A DNA stretch of 64,000 nucleotides, from positions 19,355 through 83,354 of the forward strand of contig JBDHKG010000001.1 of assembly GCA_039586495.1 (NCBI GenBank), read 5' to 3'. Shown one piece after another: positions 29,124 to 39,162 of the stretch (its first letter is position 1; each line of letters starts with the position of its first letter). A model generated the notes under the pieces. It saw only the letters and a program-made list of their open reading frames with translations. It was not told the origin of the DNA and made no database searches. A program made the translations under genes and the position numbers. Source of the DNA: Gemmatimonadota bacterium. Its GTDB lineage: Bacteria; Gemmatimonadota; Gemmatimonadetes; Palauibacterales; KS3-K002.

Positions 29124-31532
29124 ATGATGGGCGGCTTGTGGCAGGATATCCGCTTCGCGAGCCGGTCGCTGTCAACGGCGCCGGGCTTCGCGCTTGTCGT
29201 CGTTCTGATCCTCGGGATCGGGATCGGGGCCAACGTGGCCATGTTCAGCATCATCGATTCGACGATGATCCGTCCGCTCCCGTACCCGGAGCCGGAGCGG
29301 CTGGTGCTGGGCCGGGCCACGTTCGGCGGCAGAGTCAACCCGTACGCCTCCGCCTACGACTACTGGGACTACCGGGACTTCAGCACCTCATTCGAGCAGC
29401 TCGCGGCGTTCTGGGGCTTCAGCCAGAACTTCACGGTTACCGGCGCTGACGAGCCGGAGCGCGTTTCCGGCGTCATCGTGAGTATCGACCTCTTTCCGGC
29501 GCTGGGGGTCAGCCCGCAGCTGGGACGGGGCTTCAGCGCCGAGGAGGCGCAGGAAACTGGACCGAACGTCGTGATCATCAGCCACGGCTACTGGCAACGC
29601 CGGTTCGGCGGCGCGGCGGACGTGATCGGCCGTACGCTGGTCCTCGACGACCAGGCTTACGAGGTCATCGGGGTGATGCCCGCCGGCTACCGCTTCTATC
29701 ACGACGTCGAGGTGTGGCGGCCGATGCGGCCGAACAGCCCGTATGTCGGCGCGCGGCGTTTCCACAACTGGATCATGCTGGGCCGGCTCAAGCCCGGTGT
29801 GACGATCGAGCAAGCGCAGAGCGAGGTGGACGTCATCTCGGCGCAGCTCGAGGCACAGTACCCCGACTCGAATCGGGAGAAGGCGCTCTTGCTCACCGAG
29901 CTGCAGGAGGCGCTGGCCGAAGGGTATCGGCAGAGTCTGTACATCCTGATGGCGGCGGTCGCTCTCGTTCTGCTGATCGCCTGTGGCAACGTAGCGAGCC
30001 TCACGCTGGCGCGCGGCTCGGCGCGGCGCACGGAGCTGTCGACGCGGGCCGCGCTGGGCGCGTCGGGCGTCCGCCTGGTGCGCCAGCTGCTCACCGAGAG
30101 CCTGGTGATGGCGGTCGCTGCCGGAATCCTGGGCACGCTGTTGGCCATTTGGTTGCGGTCGCTGCTGCTCCAGTTGCTGGCGGTAGAGCAGCCGGCGGTC
30201 GAGCGGGTGGGCTTTGCCAGCACGGTGCTCTTGTTCGCGCTCGTGATCTCGTTGGTCACGGGTCTCGTGTTCGGAGTCGTACCGGCCCTGCGCGCGTCGC
30301 GGGGCGACCTGGTGGGGGATCTGAAGTCCGGCGCCCGGACCACGGACGCTGGCGGTAACCGATTCCGCAACGGGCTGGTGGTCGCGCAGGTGGCGGTGTC
30401 GATAGTCTTGCTGATCGGCGCGGGACTGCTGATCCGTAGCCTGGCGACCCTGATGGGCGTCGATGTCGGCTTCGACACCCGGAATCTGCTCACGGCGGAG
30501 GTGCGTCTGCGCGGAGATGAGTACGCGGACCAGGAGCGGCGGATACAGTTCTACAAGGCCCTGCGAGAGAACGTGCGTGCGGTCCCCGGCGTGGAGAGTG
30601 TGGCTCTGATCAACCAGCTGCCGATCCGTGATCCGGGGAACAACATCTACGTGTGGGACGAGCAAAACCCGCCCGTGGATCCCGGCGACATTCGGTCGGC
30701 TTGGATCCGAGCCGTCTTCCCGGGCTACTTCGAGACGATGGGCATCCCCAGGCTCTCGGGTCGCGGCATCGAGGAGACGGATGTGGACGAGGCGCCCGCG
30801 GTTCTCGTGGTCAGCCGCACCTTCGCGGATTCCATCCTCCCTGGCAAGGATCCTGTCGGCCAGCGTGTCGTCGTGGACTTCGGCGAGCCATATACGTTCG
30901 AGGTGGTCGGGGTGGTCGAGGACATCAAGATGAACTCGCTGCTCTCGACCCAGTTCCCGGCGATGTACGGCTCCTACTACCAGATCCCGTTCAGGACCAT
31001 GCGGCTCGCCGTGCGGACCGCGGTGCCGCCGGGGTCGGTGGTCGGCGGGCTGAGGGAGGCGGTCTGGAACCTGGACCGCGACCTCCCGGTCGCGGAGGTG
31101 GCGACGATGGACGACGTGCTGGCGCGTTCGCTGTCGGCGCGCAGGACCCGGACCGTCGCCCTGGGAATGTTCGCGGGCGTGGCGTTGCTGTTGGCGGCGG
31201 TAGGACTCTATGGCGTGCTGGCCTATTACGTCAGCCGCCGCCACCACGAGATCGGCATCCGGGTGGCGCTGGGCGCCGAGAAGGGCGACATGGTGGAGCT
31301 CGTGCTCAAGCGTGGCCTTGTGCTCGTCGCGGTGGGCATCGCCCTCGGCCTCGTCGGTGCCTTCGGGGTAACCCGAACCCTGAACGAGGTGCTCTACCAG
31401 GTGGAGCCGACTGACCCGATGACGTTCGCGCTGGTGAGTCTCTTCTTCGCGCTGGTCGCGGTGATCGCCTGCCTGCTGCCGGCGTGGCGCGCGTTGCGAG
31501 TGGACCCACTCATCGCGCTCCAGGCGGAGTAG
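29124..31532 (+). CDS. ADOP-family (MacB/FtsX-like) ABC transporter permease
   Basis: MMGGLWQDIRFASRSLSTAPGFALVVVLILGIGIGANVAMFS. Two FtsX modules. RBS GGGAGA upstream of ATG 29124. Confidence 0.85.
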   Translation: MMGGLWQDIRFASRSLSTAPGFALVVVLILGIGIGANVAMFSIIDSTMIRPLPYPEPERLVLGRATFGGRVNPYASAYDYWDYRDFSTSFEQLAAFWGFSQNFTVTGADEPERVSGVIVSIDLFPALGVSPQLGRGFSAEEAQETGPNVVIISHGYWQRRFGGAADVIGRTLVLDDQAYEVIGVMPAGYRFYHDVEVWRPMRPNSPYVGARRFHNWIMLGRLKPGVTIEQAQSEVDVISAQLEAQYPDSNREKALLLTELQEALAEGYRQSLYILMAAVALVLLIACGNVASLTLARGSARRTELSTRAALGASGVRLVRQLLTESLVMAVAAGILGTLLAIWLRSLLLQLLAVEQPAVERVGFASTVLLFALVISLVTGLVFGVVPALRASRGDLVGDLKSGARTTDAGGNRFRNGLVVAQVAVSIVLLIGAGLLIRSLATLMGVDVGFDTRNLLTAEVRLRGDEYADQERRIQFYKALRENVRAVPGVESVALINQLPIRDPGNNIYVWDEQNPPVDPGDIRSAWIRAVFPGYFETMGIPRLSGRGIEETDVDEAPAVLVVSRTFADSILPGKDPVGQRVVVDFGEPYTFEVVGVVEDIKMNSLLSTQFPAMYGSYYQIPFRTMRLAVRTAVPPGSVVGGLREAVWNLDRDLPVAEVATMDDVLARSLSARRTRTVALGMFAGVALLLAAVGLYGVLAYYVSRRHHEIGIRVALGAEKGDMVELVLKRGLVLVAVGIALGLVGAFGVTRTLNEVLYQVEPTDPMTFALVSLFFALVAVIACLLPAWRALRVDPLIALQAE

Positions 31533-31733
31533 GCCCCCTAGCGTTCGATTCCGATACGCGTCTGTCCGCGAGCGAACACCTGCAGTCGCGGCCGAGACGT
31601 CCCGTCTCGGAGTCGGCTCTGTATCTCGCGACATGTTATAGGGTTACAGGGCAGGTCGGGGCGCTGGGGTTGGGCACGAGGCTTGCTCCGTCTCAGATGG
31701 CTCCGCCTGTGCACCAACCCTCATGGAGGCGAA

Positions 31734-34142
31734 ATGACGGGAAGCATCTGGCAGGATATCCGCTTCGCCGGCCGGTCGCTACGCAGGCTGCCCGGCTTCA
31801 GCGCCGTGGTCATCCTCATCCTCGCCATCGGCATCGGCGCCAATGTGGCCATGTTCAGTGTCATCGACTCGGCCCTGCTCAATCCGGTGCCGTTCCCCGA
31901 GTCCGAGCGGTTGGTGCTGGGGCGCGCGACTGTAAACGGGAATCCCATCCCGGTGGTCTCGGCTCAGGATTACTGGGACTACCGAGACATGAGCGCGTCC
32001 TTCGAGTCGCTCGATGCGTTTGTCGGGTTCACCCGCAGCTACACGATCACGGGAGTCGCTGAGCCGGAGCGGATCGACGGCATCATCGTGACAACGAACC
32101 TGTTCCGAACGCTCGGCGTCAGCCCGGTGCTCGGTCGCCAGTTCACCGCCGACGAGGGGTTGGAGGGCGCGCCTGACGTCGCGATGATCAGCTACGGCTA
32201 CTGGCAGCGGCGCTTCGGCGGCGCGTCCGATGTGATCGGCAGGGTCATGACGGTCGACGGCTACCCCTACACCATCGTCGGCGTCATGCCTGCCGGCTTC
32301 CGCCTGGTGTTCGACGTTGAGTTCTGGCGCCCGATGCGTCCCGGCTCGGACTACACGCAGCTTCGGCGCTGGCACAACTGGCTCCTTCTCGGCCGGCTGA
32401 AGCCGGGTGCGAGCCTTGAGGAGGCACAGGCCGAGGTCGATGTCATCTCCGCCCAGCTCGAGGCCGAGTATCCGGAGTCCAACACCGGGAAGGCGCTGCT
32501 CCTCACCGACTTGCGGGAAGCGCTGGTCGAGAACTACCGAAGCGGACTCCTTCTGCTGATGAGCGCGGTCGGGCTCGTCCTCCTCATCGCGTGTGGCAAC
32601 GTGGCGGGCCTGCTACTCGCGCGTGGCTCGGCCCGCCGCGGCGAGCTGTCGTTGCGCGCGGCGTTGGGCGCTGGCGGCGCGCGCCTGGTGCGCCAGTTGC
32701 TGACCGAGAGCCTGGTGCTGGCCGGCATCGCTGGACTCGTTGGCACGGTGTTGGCTGGCTGGCTACAGGACCTGCTCGTCCGACCGGTGTCGGTCGATCT
32801 CTCCACCGCTCTGAGCAGCCACCTCTCGAACTCGGCGTTGGGCTTCGCGCTCGTCGTCACGCTCATCACGGGCCTGCTCTTCGGAACCGCACCGGCCGTT
32901 CGCGCCTCGCGTGGGAACCTGGTCGAAGATCTGAAGTCGGGAGCCCGGACCACCGATGCCGGCGGGACGAGGTTCCGCAGTGGGCTCGTGATCGCCCAGG
33001 TGGCGATCTCGATTGTCCTGCTTATCGGTGCCGGTCTGCTGATCCGCAGCTTCGCGAGCCTACTGGGCATCGATCCGGGCTTCCGGTCGAGTAAGCTGCT
33101 CACCGCCGAGATCCGCCTGCCGGCCAGCGAGTACGCGGAGGCGGAGAGGCGGATACAGTTCTACACGGGCCTGCAGGAGCGCGTGCAGGCGATCCCAGGC
33201 GCCGAAGGCGTCGCGCTGGCCGATCGGCTACCGATCCGCGATCCCGGCAACTGGCTCACACGTTACGCGGCGGAGGCCCCGCCGCTGGACCCGGCTGATC
33301 GGCGGGGGTCCCCCTTCCGGGTCGTGATGCCGGGCTATTTCGAGACCATGGGCATCGGGCTCCTGGCCGGACGTGGAATCGAAGTGACAGACGTGGAGGG
33401 TTCGCCACTCGTCGCAGTCATCAGCGAGGCGCTCGCCGAGCAGCTGTTCCCGGATAAGGACCCCATCGGCCGCCAGGTGCTCGTGGACCACGGCGAATTC
33501 GTGCCCTTCGAGGTAGTGGGCGTGGTAGGGAACGTTCACCTGATCTCGCTCCAGCATCCGGTCAGCGAGGTCATCTACGCCTCGTACTACCAGGTTCCCC
33601 ACTTCACCATGCGAATCGCCGTACGGACTGCCGGCGAGCCCGAGTCGGTCGTCGGGGCCTTGCGTGAGGCGGTCTGGAGCCTGGACCGGAATATCCCAGT
33701 CGCCGAGATCGCGACGATGGAGGGGGTGCTGGCGCGCTCGGTGAACAGGCAACGCGTGCTGGCCGCTCTCCTCACCGGCTTCGCCGGCGTCGCTCTTCTG
33801 TTGGCGGCCATAGGTCTCTACGGTGTCCTCGCCTACCACGTCAGCCAGCGCCAGCACGAGATCGGCGTTCGAGTAGCCCTGGGCGCGGATAACCGCGCCA
33901 TCCTGGAGTTCGTCATCAAGCGCGGTATCGCCCTTGTCGTTCTCGGTCTCGCCATTGGTATCGCGGGTGCGTTCGGCGTTACGCGGCTGATGGAAGGGAT
34001 GCTGTACGAGATCGCGCCCACCGACCCGGCGACGTATGTCCTCGTGAGCCTGTTCTTCGCGTTGGTCGCGGTGGTCGCCTCTCTGCTTCCGGCTTGGCGC
34101 GCTCTGCGTGTGGATCCGGTGATGGCGCTACAGACGGAATAG
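31734..34142 (+). CDS. ADOP-family (MacB/FtsX-like) ABC transporter permease (tandem paralogue)
   Basis: MTGSIWQDIRFAGRSLRRLPGFSAVVILILAIGIGANVAMFS. RBS GGAGGCGAA. Same architecture as 29124..31532. Confidence 0.85.
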   Translation: MTGSIWQDIRFAGRSLRRLPGFSAVVILILAIGIGANVAMFSVIDSALLNPVPFPESERLVLGRATVNGNPIPVVSAQDYWDYRDMSASFESLDAFVGFTRSYTITGVAEPERIDGIIVTTNLFRTLGVSPVLGRQFTADEGLEGAPDVAMISYGYWQRRFGGASDVIGRVMTVDGYPYTIVGVMPAGFRLVFDVEFWRPMRPGSDYTQLRRWHNWLLLGRLKPGASLEEAQAEVDVISAQLEAEYPESNTGKALLLTDLREALVENYRSGLLLLMSAVGLVLLIACGNVAGLLLARGSARRGELSLRAALGAGGARLVRQLLTESLVLAGIAGLVGTVLAGWLQDLLVRPVSVDLSTALSSHLSNSALGFALVVTLITGLLFGTAPAVRASRGNLVEDLKSGARTTDAGGTRFRSGLVIAQVAISIVLLIGAGLLIRSFASLLGIDPGFRSSKLLTAEIRLPASEYAEAERRIQFYTGLQERVQAIPGAEGVALADRLPIRDPGNWLTRYAAEAPPLDPADRRGSPFRVVMPGYFETMGIGLLAGRGIEVTDVEGSPLVAVISEALAEQLFPDKDPIGRQVLVDHGEFVPFEVVGVVGNVHLISLQHPVSEVIYASYYQVPHFTMRIAVRTAGEPESVVGALREAVWSLDRNIPVAEIATMEGVLARSVNRQRVLAALLTGFAGVALLLAAIGLYGVLAYHVSQRQHEIGVRVALGADNRAILEFVIKRGIALVVLGLAIGIAGAFGVTRLMEGMLYEIAPTDPATYVLVSLFFALVAVVASLLPAWRALRVDPVMALQTE

Positions 34143-34160
34143 GGCGGGGCGCGGGTCGCT

Positions 34161-35717
34161 TCAGTTCTGACGCTCGGGACTCGCCTCGGTCATCTGCTTT
34201 GTCCAGGGCTCGGCGACCTGGCCGGGCGCCTCGGTCATCTGCTTTGTCCAGGGCTCGGCGACCTGGCCGGGCAAGCGGGCCCCTGTCCCGACGCTCCCGG
34301 TGATGCGGTCACCGATGTCGTGACGTCCCTCCTCGATGAACCACAGTAGGCGCTCCACCACTTCAGGATGCTGCGCGGCGACGTCCGTGGTCTCGCCGAT
34401 GTCCGCTTCCAGGTCGAACAGCGAGAGCCCGATCTCGGCCTGGGCGTACGAGCCCGGAGTCCCATCGCGACCGATCACGCCGCCCACCGTCGTCCGGTAG
34501 GCGTGCGGCACGTGCAGCTTCCAGCGGCCGCTACGTACCGCCTGCAGCTGTCCCGCCCGATAGTAGAAGAACCGCTGGTACGGGCTCCGGGCACCGGGCG
34601 CGCCGGCGAGCAGGGGCCAGATGTCGTGCCCGTCGATCACCCGGTCGGCGGGCAGCTCGGCATCGGCCAGCCGCGCGAGAGTCGGCAGGAAGTCCATCGC
34701 TGTGACCAGTTCGTCGGAGACCTGGCCGGCGGGGACGTGTCCGGGCCAACGCACGATGCCCGGTACCCGCTGGCCGCCTTCAAAGGTCGTCCCTTTCCCC
34801 TCGCGCAGTGGCCCCGCCGAGCCGGCGTGGTTGCCGAAGATCAGCCAGGGACCGTTGTCGGATGTGAAGGCGACGAGCGTGTGCTCGTCCAGGCCGAGCC
34901 GCTCGAGCGTCGCCAGGATCCGGCCGACCGACCAGTCGATCTCGCGGATGACGTCGCCGTAGAGGCCCTGCTCCGTGGTTCCCCGGAACTCGTCCGACGC
35001 ATAGAGGGGGACGTGCGGGAACGTGTACGCCAGGTAGACGAAGAAAGGTTGCCCGGCATGCGCCTCGATGAACGCGATGGCCTCCTCCGTGTAGCGGCGC
35101 GTGAGTGTCGACTGGTTGGGCTCCTGCTCGATGATCGTCGTGTCGCGGATCAGGGGTAGCGGCGGATGGAGCCTCGCGTGTGGTCGCGGATTGTTCCGCG
35201 GATCGGGACTCATGTCGTTGGAGTAGGGGAGGCCGAAATAGGCGTCAAACCCCTGGTTCGTCGGCAGGAAGAGCGGGTGGTCGCCGAGATGCCACTTGCC
35301 CACGGCTGCCGTCGCGTAGCCGCGGGATTTCAGAAGCTCGGCGATTGTGATCTCCTCCGGGTTGAGTCCGATCGTGCTGCGCGGGCCGAGCACTACGGGG
35401 ATGCCGATGCGGTCCGGGTACGACCCGGTGAGCAGGGCGGCGCGTGACGGCGAGCAGGCGCTGTTCGCCATGTAGAAGCTGGTAAAGCGGATCCCCTCCC
35501 TGGCGAGGCGGTCGAGGCTGGGCGTCTCGAACCCTTGGGCGCCGTAGACACCCACATCCGCGTAGCCCTGATCGTCGGTCAGGATGATAATGAAGTTGGG
35601 GAGACGCTCGACCGTCTCGGCTGACCTACACCGGGTAATCGCCAAGCAGAGCGCCGCTAGCGTGAAGCGTGCGAGCGCCTGGGGCAGCTGCGGTCGCAGT
35701 GGGAGCTTGTCTTTCAT
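34161..35717 (-). CDS. arylsulfatase-family sulfatase (formylglycine-dependent)
   Basis: NFIIILTDDQGYADVG plus the CSPSRAALLTG signature (C-x-P-S-R). Signal peptide after Met 35717. The C-terminal tail carries an in-frame 15-aa duplication. Confidence 0.85.
   Translation of the reverse strand: MKDKLPLRPQLPQALARFTLAALCLAITRCRSAETVERLPNFIIILTDDQGYADVGVYGAQGFETPSLDRLAREGIRFTSFYMANSACSPSRAALLTGSYPDRIGIPVVLGPRSTIGLNPEEITIAELLKSRGYATAAVGKWHLGDHPLFLPTNQGFDAYFGLPYSNDMSPDPRNNPRPHARLHPPLPLIRDTTIIEQEPNQSTLTRRYTEEAIAFIEAHAGQPFFVYLAYTFPHVPLYASDEFRGTTEQGLYGDVIREIDWSVGRILATLERLGLDEHTLVAFTSDNGPWLIFGNHAGSAGPLREGKGTTFEGGQRVPGIVRWPGHVPAGQVSDELVTAMDFLPTLARLADAELPADRVIDGHDIWPLLAGAPGARSPYQRFFYYRAGQLQAVRSGRWKLHVPHAYRTTVGGVIGRDGTPGSYAQAEIGLSLFDLEADIGETTDVAAQHPEVVERLLWFIEEGRHDIGDRITGSVGTGARLPGQVAEPWTKQMTEAPGQVAEPWTKQMTEASPERQN
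34183..34272. repeat. perfect 45-bp tandem duplication (2 copies)
   Basis: gcctcggtcatctgctttgtccagggctcggcgacctggccgggc occurs twice. On the minus strand it encodes PGQVAEPWTKQMTEA x2 at the sulfatase C-terminus. Confidence 0.8.
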
Positions 35718-35789
35718 CGGGGACACATCCGGCTGAAGTTCGCGGGCCCGCACGACATTCGGTCTGCCAGGCACGCGACAGGATACGTC

Positions 35790-36233
35790 TCAGCGGATCT
35801 GGTCCAGCGCCCGCTCGCCGCCCCAGCGTGCGACGATTCGGTCGTCGTACTCGTCGGCCGTGCGGGCCACGTGGATGACCGACGACTCGAGTTCTTTCTG
35901 GTCGCAGGTGGAGCCGACGATGGAGTGCTCGAAGATGATGTCCCCGTCGTCGTCGATACCGAACGCCCCGAAGCGCATTCCGGCGTTCTCGAGCAGCAGG
36001 AAGCGCATCAGTTCGGGCGTGAGGTCCGCCCCGGTAACCACGTAGGCACGTGTCGTGATGATCGCGTCGTCCTCGCTCCAGGGGAATACGCCGATCTGCG
36101 CGAAGGCTGAGCCTTGCATGACGCCGAGGACGGGCATGTCGGGCTTCCGGAGCACGGAGCCGCCGAAGAGCTCTGTGACCCAAGGCAACACCCTATCGTA
36201 GCACTCCCCTTGCGCCTGCGTCTCGAATTCCAT
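35790..36233 (-). CDS. YbjN-domain (T3SS-chaperone-like) protein
   Basis: Met 36233 follows a GGAGGGA RBS. ~147 aa, acidic. GAFGIDDDGDIIFEHSI is a YbjN-like motif. Assigned from memory of the family pattern. Confidence 0.45.
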   Translation of the reverse strand: MEFETQAQGECYDRVLPWVTELFGGSVLRKPDMPVLGVMQGSAFAQIGVFPWSEDDAIITTRAYVVTGADLTPELMRFLLLENAGMRFGAFGIDDDGDIIFEHSIVGSTCDQKELESSVIHVARTADEYDDRIVARWGGERALDQIR

Positions 36234-36460
36234 GCCGAATGTCCCTCCTGCTGGTGAGCAACGCCGCACCCGGGCTCGTCGTCGGCGACGGGCGTCCCCC
36301 CGCATCGGCTCCTGAGGCGCCGCGGTGACTCTCGTAGGATGGCTTTGGTCGCTCGGATGAGCAAGCTGGCCAAGCAGACTGCGGGGCACCTGTCTCGGGG
36401 CTGCCAGACCAGGAGCTGAAACCTTAGTTTGCAGGGTGTCGTCGTGTTGAAAGACACGCT

Positions 36461-36760
36461 TTGATGGCACCGGGCAGAGGAGGGATGGGCGTGGATCCAG
36501 TCGAGTTAGTCGAGTTACTCGTGCCCCTGCTGCTCCTTGGGATCCCGGGCGCGGCCTTGGCCGTGCGCTTCGTGCTGCGACCGACGTTGCGGGAGATCGC
36601 CGAGGCGATCCGCAGGCCGAGGGAGGGGCTGAGCCCGGAGCTCGAGCGCCGGCTGGCCGAGCTCGAGGAGGGTCAGCGGCTGGTGGAGCAGCAGCTGCAC
36701 ACCCTGATCGAGGCGGAGCGCTTCCATCGTGAACTGGAGTCGGGGCCCGGCCCTGAGTAG
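36461..36760 (+). CDS. hypothetical small membrane/coiled-coil protein
   Basis: One hydrophobic helix (LVELLVPLLLLGIPGAALAV), then a charged coiled-coil-like segment ELERRLAELEEGQRLVEQQLHTLIEAERF. No recognisable family. Confidence 0.3.
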   Translation: MMAPGRGGMGVDPVELVELLVPLLLLGIPGAALAVRFVLRPTLREIAEAIRRPREGLSPELERRLAELEEGQRLVEQQLHTLIEAERFHRELESGPGPE

Positions 36761-36963
36761 TTGGGGCGCCTAGCAGCCAAGCTGCTCTCCTACTACACAG
36801 CGATGGTCCGTGGAAGCGCCGGGCCCGCGATCGCGGCGCTGGTCGTTAGCGTGCTATTCGGGTTGGCCACCGCGAGAGCGTGCCTCGTTTGCTCCCGCTG
36901 GCCGCTTTGTCCTTGTGCGGTCCCGCATGTCCCTGGCGCTCCAACCCCGACGCTCGCTCGCCA

Positions 36964-38157
36964 TCACCTGTATGCGGGTCCGCCGAGCACGGGAAGTCTC
37001 ATCTCGGCGATCACGGCAGCGTGGTCCGACGGCCAGATGAGGTCGCCGGGCGCCAGACCCGAGGGGATCCGATCGCTCAGCTCGTCGCCCCACACCGTCG
37101 CGAAGACCGCGCCGATCACCGGTTCGCCCTTCTTCCCGGGATTGTTACGGACGAAGATCAGGTCGATGCGCTTGAAGAAATCGACCGTTTCGTTGCGCAG
37201 GTCCGACTGGTGTGGGTTCGTGAGCCCTTCTCCCTCGCCCCTTTGGAGGTTGCGCGTCCACGCGTCCACGTATCCTTCCGACTCGAAGAGCTGGTACGTC
37301 GCGCCTGTGTAAGCAGGCGTGTTGAGGTCGCCGACGACGATCACCGGCTTACGCTCGTCCGCCAGGTCTGCCATCAGCTCAGCCGCCTGATCGAGCTGCA
37401 CGCCTATGTCATCCGGCTCCAGGTGCGTGTTCGCGAAACGGTAGGTGTGGTTCTTCTTGATCGTGGCGTCCACGGCGACGTAGCCACGCTTCAGCACGAT
37501 CCCGAACGGGGGAGGGAACTCGAGTTTCGCGTCGTAGTTCTTCTTGAACACATTGGACACCTGGACATCACCGCGGGCCAGAACGACGTCGTAGTCGATG
37601 AGCCGCACGTCGTCGAATGGGTTCGGGCGGCTCAGATCGGCGAACATTGGCATCTCGATATCGAAGTTCGCGATCGAGTCGGCCAGCTGATAGTCTAGTC
37701 CGCGTGCCTCCAGCGCGTCCATCAGGATGTCCAGATAGTGGTAGACAGGATCTTCTGCGGGCGTGGTCCCGCCGAAGGCCGCGTCACCTTCCGACTGACG
37801 GAGGATCTCGGAGATCTCTTGGAGCCCTATCAGGTGCGGCCGCGAGCGTGCGATCTCATCGGCGATCGCCTCGGCCCGGGCGTAGAAGTTCGTGGAGAGG
37901 AGCTGCTGGAAAACGTAGGCTACGATCACGGGAATGTCGTAGGGGGTCTTCGCTTCCAGCACCGTGTCGATGTTGGCACCGACGTAGACGTTGTGCGTCA
38001 TGACGGTGATGGCGTCGTCGCCACGCCCCAGGTTGGCCTGGGGCCCCGAGAGACCGGTGACCTCGTCCTCGGTACAGGCGCCGGCCCACAGGGCCAGGGC
38101 AAGGACGCCGCAGAGAGGACCGAGGCACCTCCTGAAAGAAGTCGTGCGGAGTCTCAT
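36964..38157 (-). CDS. endonuclease/exonuclease/phosphatase (EEP) family lipoprotein
   Basis: Met 38157 follows a GGAGG RBS. Lipoprotein signal LALALWAGAC. EEP motifs ITVMTHNV, LIGLQE, VVGDLN, and a C-terminal SDHAAV. Confidence 0.7.
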   Translation of the reverse strand: MRLRTTSFRRCLGPLCGVLALALWAGACTEDEVTGLSGPQANLGRGDDAITVMTHNVYVGANIDTVLEAKTPYDIPVIVAYVFQQLLSTNFYARAEAIADEIARSRPHLIGLQEISEILRQSEGDAAFGGTTPAEDPVYHYLDILMDALEARGLDYQLADSIANFDIEMPMFADLSRPNPFDDVRLIDYDVVLARGDVQVSNVFKKNYDAKLEFPPPFGIVLKRGYVAVDATIKKNHTYRFANTHLEPDDIGVQLDQAAELMADLADERKPVIVVGDLNTPAYTGATYQLFESEGYVDAWTRNLQRGEGEGLTNPHQSDLRNETVDFFKRIDLIFVRNNPGKKGEPVIGAVFATVWGDELSDRIPSGLAPGDLIWPSDHAAVIAEMRLPVLGGPAYR

Positions 38158-38568
38158 GTCGACCTCCTTGTAGTACGCATTACATGTCGGGATGAAGCGC
38201 CTTTGGGACGTCGACACTCTGGCGTTTCGGGGTCAAGCGGGAGTCAAGAGCGGTGGCGTACCTGCCCGTCGATGGGACACACGGAGGCACTACTACTGGA
38301 CCGGTCCGACTTACGGCCGTGCCGACCAGCGGAGCTCGCCCGTAGGATCCGCGGCCCGGACCATGAACGCCCAGCCCCACATAACTCGCGCTCAGGTCGG
38401 GATCACGCTCGGGGCCGAAGACGCTATCGATCGCGGGGCTCAGCTCGGTGCCCGGCATCTGCGGGCTCGCGAAGGGGCCGACGATGTTCCAGTCCCGGGC
38501 CCGGCGCTGCAGCGGACGCATCCAGACCGCCGCCAAGCCCAGTTGTTTGGGAGTGGGGGGTCGGGGTC

Positions 38569-38610
38569 TTGACACATAATACGTTTCGTACTAGTATGAT
38601 TCGTACTATG
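38569..38610 (+). promoter_or_regulatory. sigma70-like promoter TTGACA-N17-TAGTAT overlapping imperfect palindrome TAGTAtGAtTCgTACTA. Predicted leaderless or near-leaderless padR transcript
   Basis: Seen directly. The -10 ends ~10 nt before the PadR ATG (38608). Direct repeat TTCGTACTA x2 and a 14/17 inverted repeat span the start codon. Confidence 0.4.
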
Positions 38611-39162
38611 ACCCCGACCACCACGCTCGGATTCGCCCTGCTCGGCCTGCTCCAGGAGAGACCGCGCTCCGGCTACGACCTGCGCAAGGTCTTCGCCACC
38701 ACCCCGATGGCCCACTACAGCAGCAGCCCCGGCGCCATCTATCCCGCCCTGCGCCGCCTGCAGCGACAGGGTCTGATCAGCGGCTCGGTCGATCGTAGTC
38801 AGTCGCTGCGGCCGAAGAAGACGTTCCGACCGACCGCGAAAGGGATCCGGGCGCTCAAGGGCTGGCTGTCGCGGCCCGTCACCCGAGAGGATGTCGTCTT
38901 CCACCTGGACGAGCTGTTGCTGCGCTTTTCCCTCATGGCGGGTCTCCAGAGCCGCGCCCAGACGCGCCGCTTCCTGAAGAGCTTCGCTCGAGAGCTGGAG
39001 GCCTACGTGGCCGAGCTGCAGCAGCAGCGCGAAGCCCTGCGGGCTGACGCTCCGCTACACGGACGGCTGGCCCTGGAGTGCGGGACTGAATCGTATCGGG
39101 CTCACGCCCGCTGGGCCAAACGTGCCCTGAGTCGTTTCAGCAGCAAGCAGAAGAGGCAATGA
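38608..39162 (+). CDS. PadR-family transcriptional regulator
   Basis: LGFALLGLLQERPRSGYDLRKVF...AIYPALRRLQRQGLI is the classic PadR winged-helix N-terminus. 184 aa with a C-terminal coiled coil. Confidence 0.85.
   Translation: MTPTTTLGFALLGLLQERPRSGYDLRKVFATTPMAHYSSSPGAIYPALRRLQRQGLISGSVDRSQSLRPKKTFRPTAKGIRALKGWLSRPVTREDVVFHLDELLLRFSLMAGLQSRAQTRRFLKSFARELEAYVAELQQQREALRADAPLHGRLALECGTESYRAHARWAKRALSRFSSKQKRQ

Noticed and set aside
31536-31560. tRNA-like T-loop sequence GTTCGATTCC between the tandem ADOP genes
   Set aside because: The flanking bases cannot form a T-stem, acceptor or anticodon arm. The upstream sequence is the permease coding end. It is not a tRNA or a fragment with recognisable structure.
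36761-37312. 183-aa ORF following the small coiled-coil gene
   Set aside because: Two-thirds of it is antisense to the EEP-family gene, which has clear catalytic motifs. Only ~65 codons are unique.
38180-38575. Overlapping 126-aa and 131-aa ORFs on both strands between EEP and padR
   Set aside because: Neither has an RBS, signal peptide or recognisable motif. The region more likely holds the padR promoter and the EEP gene upstream region.
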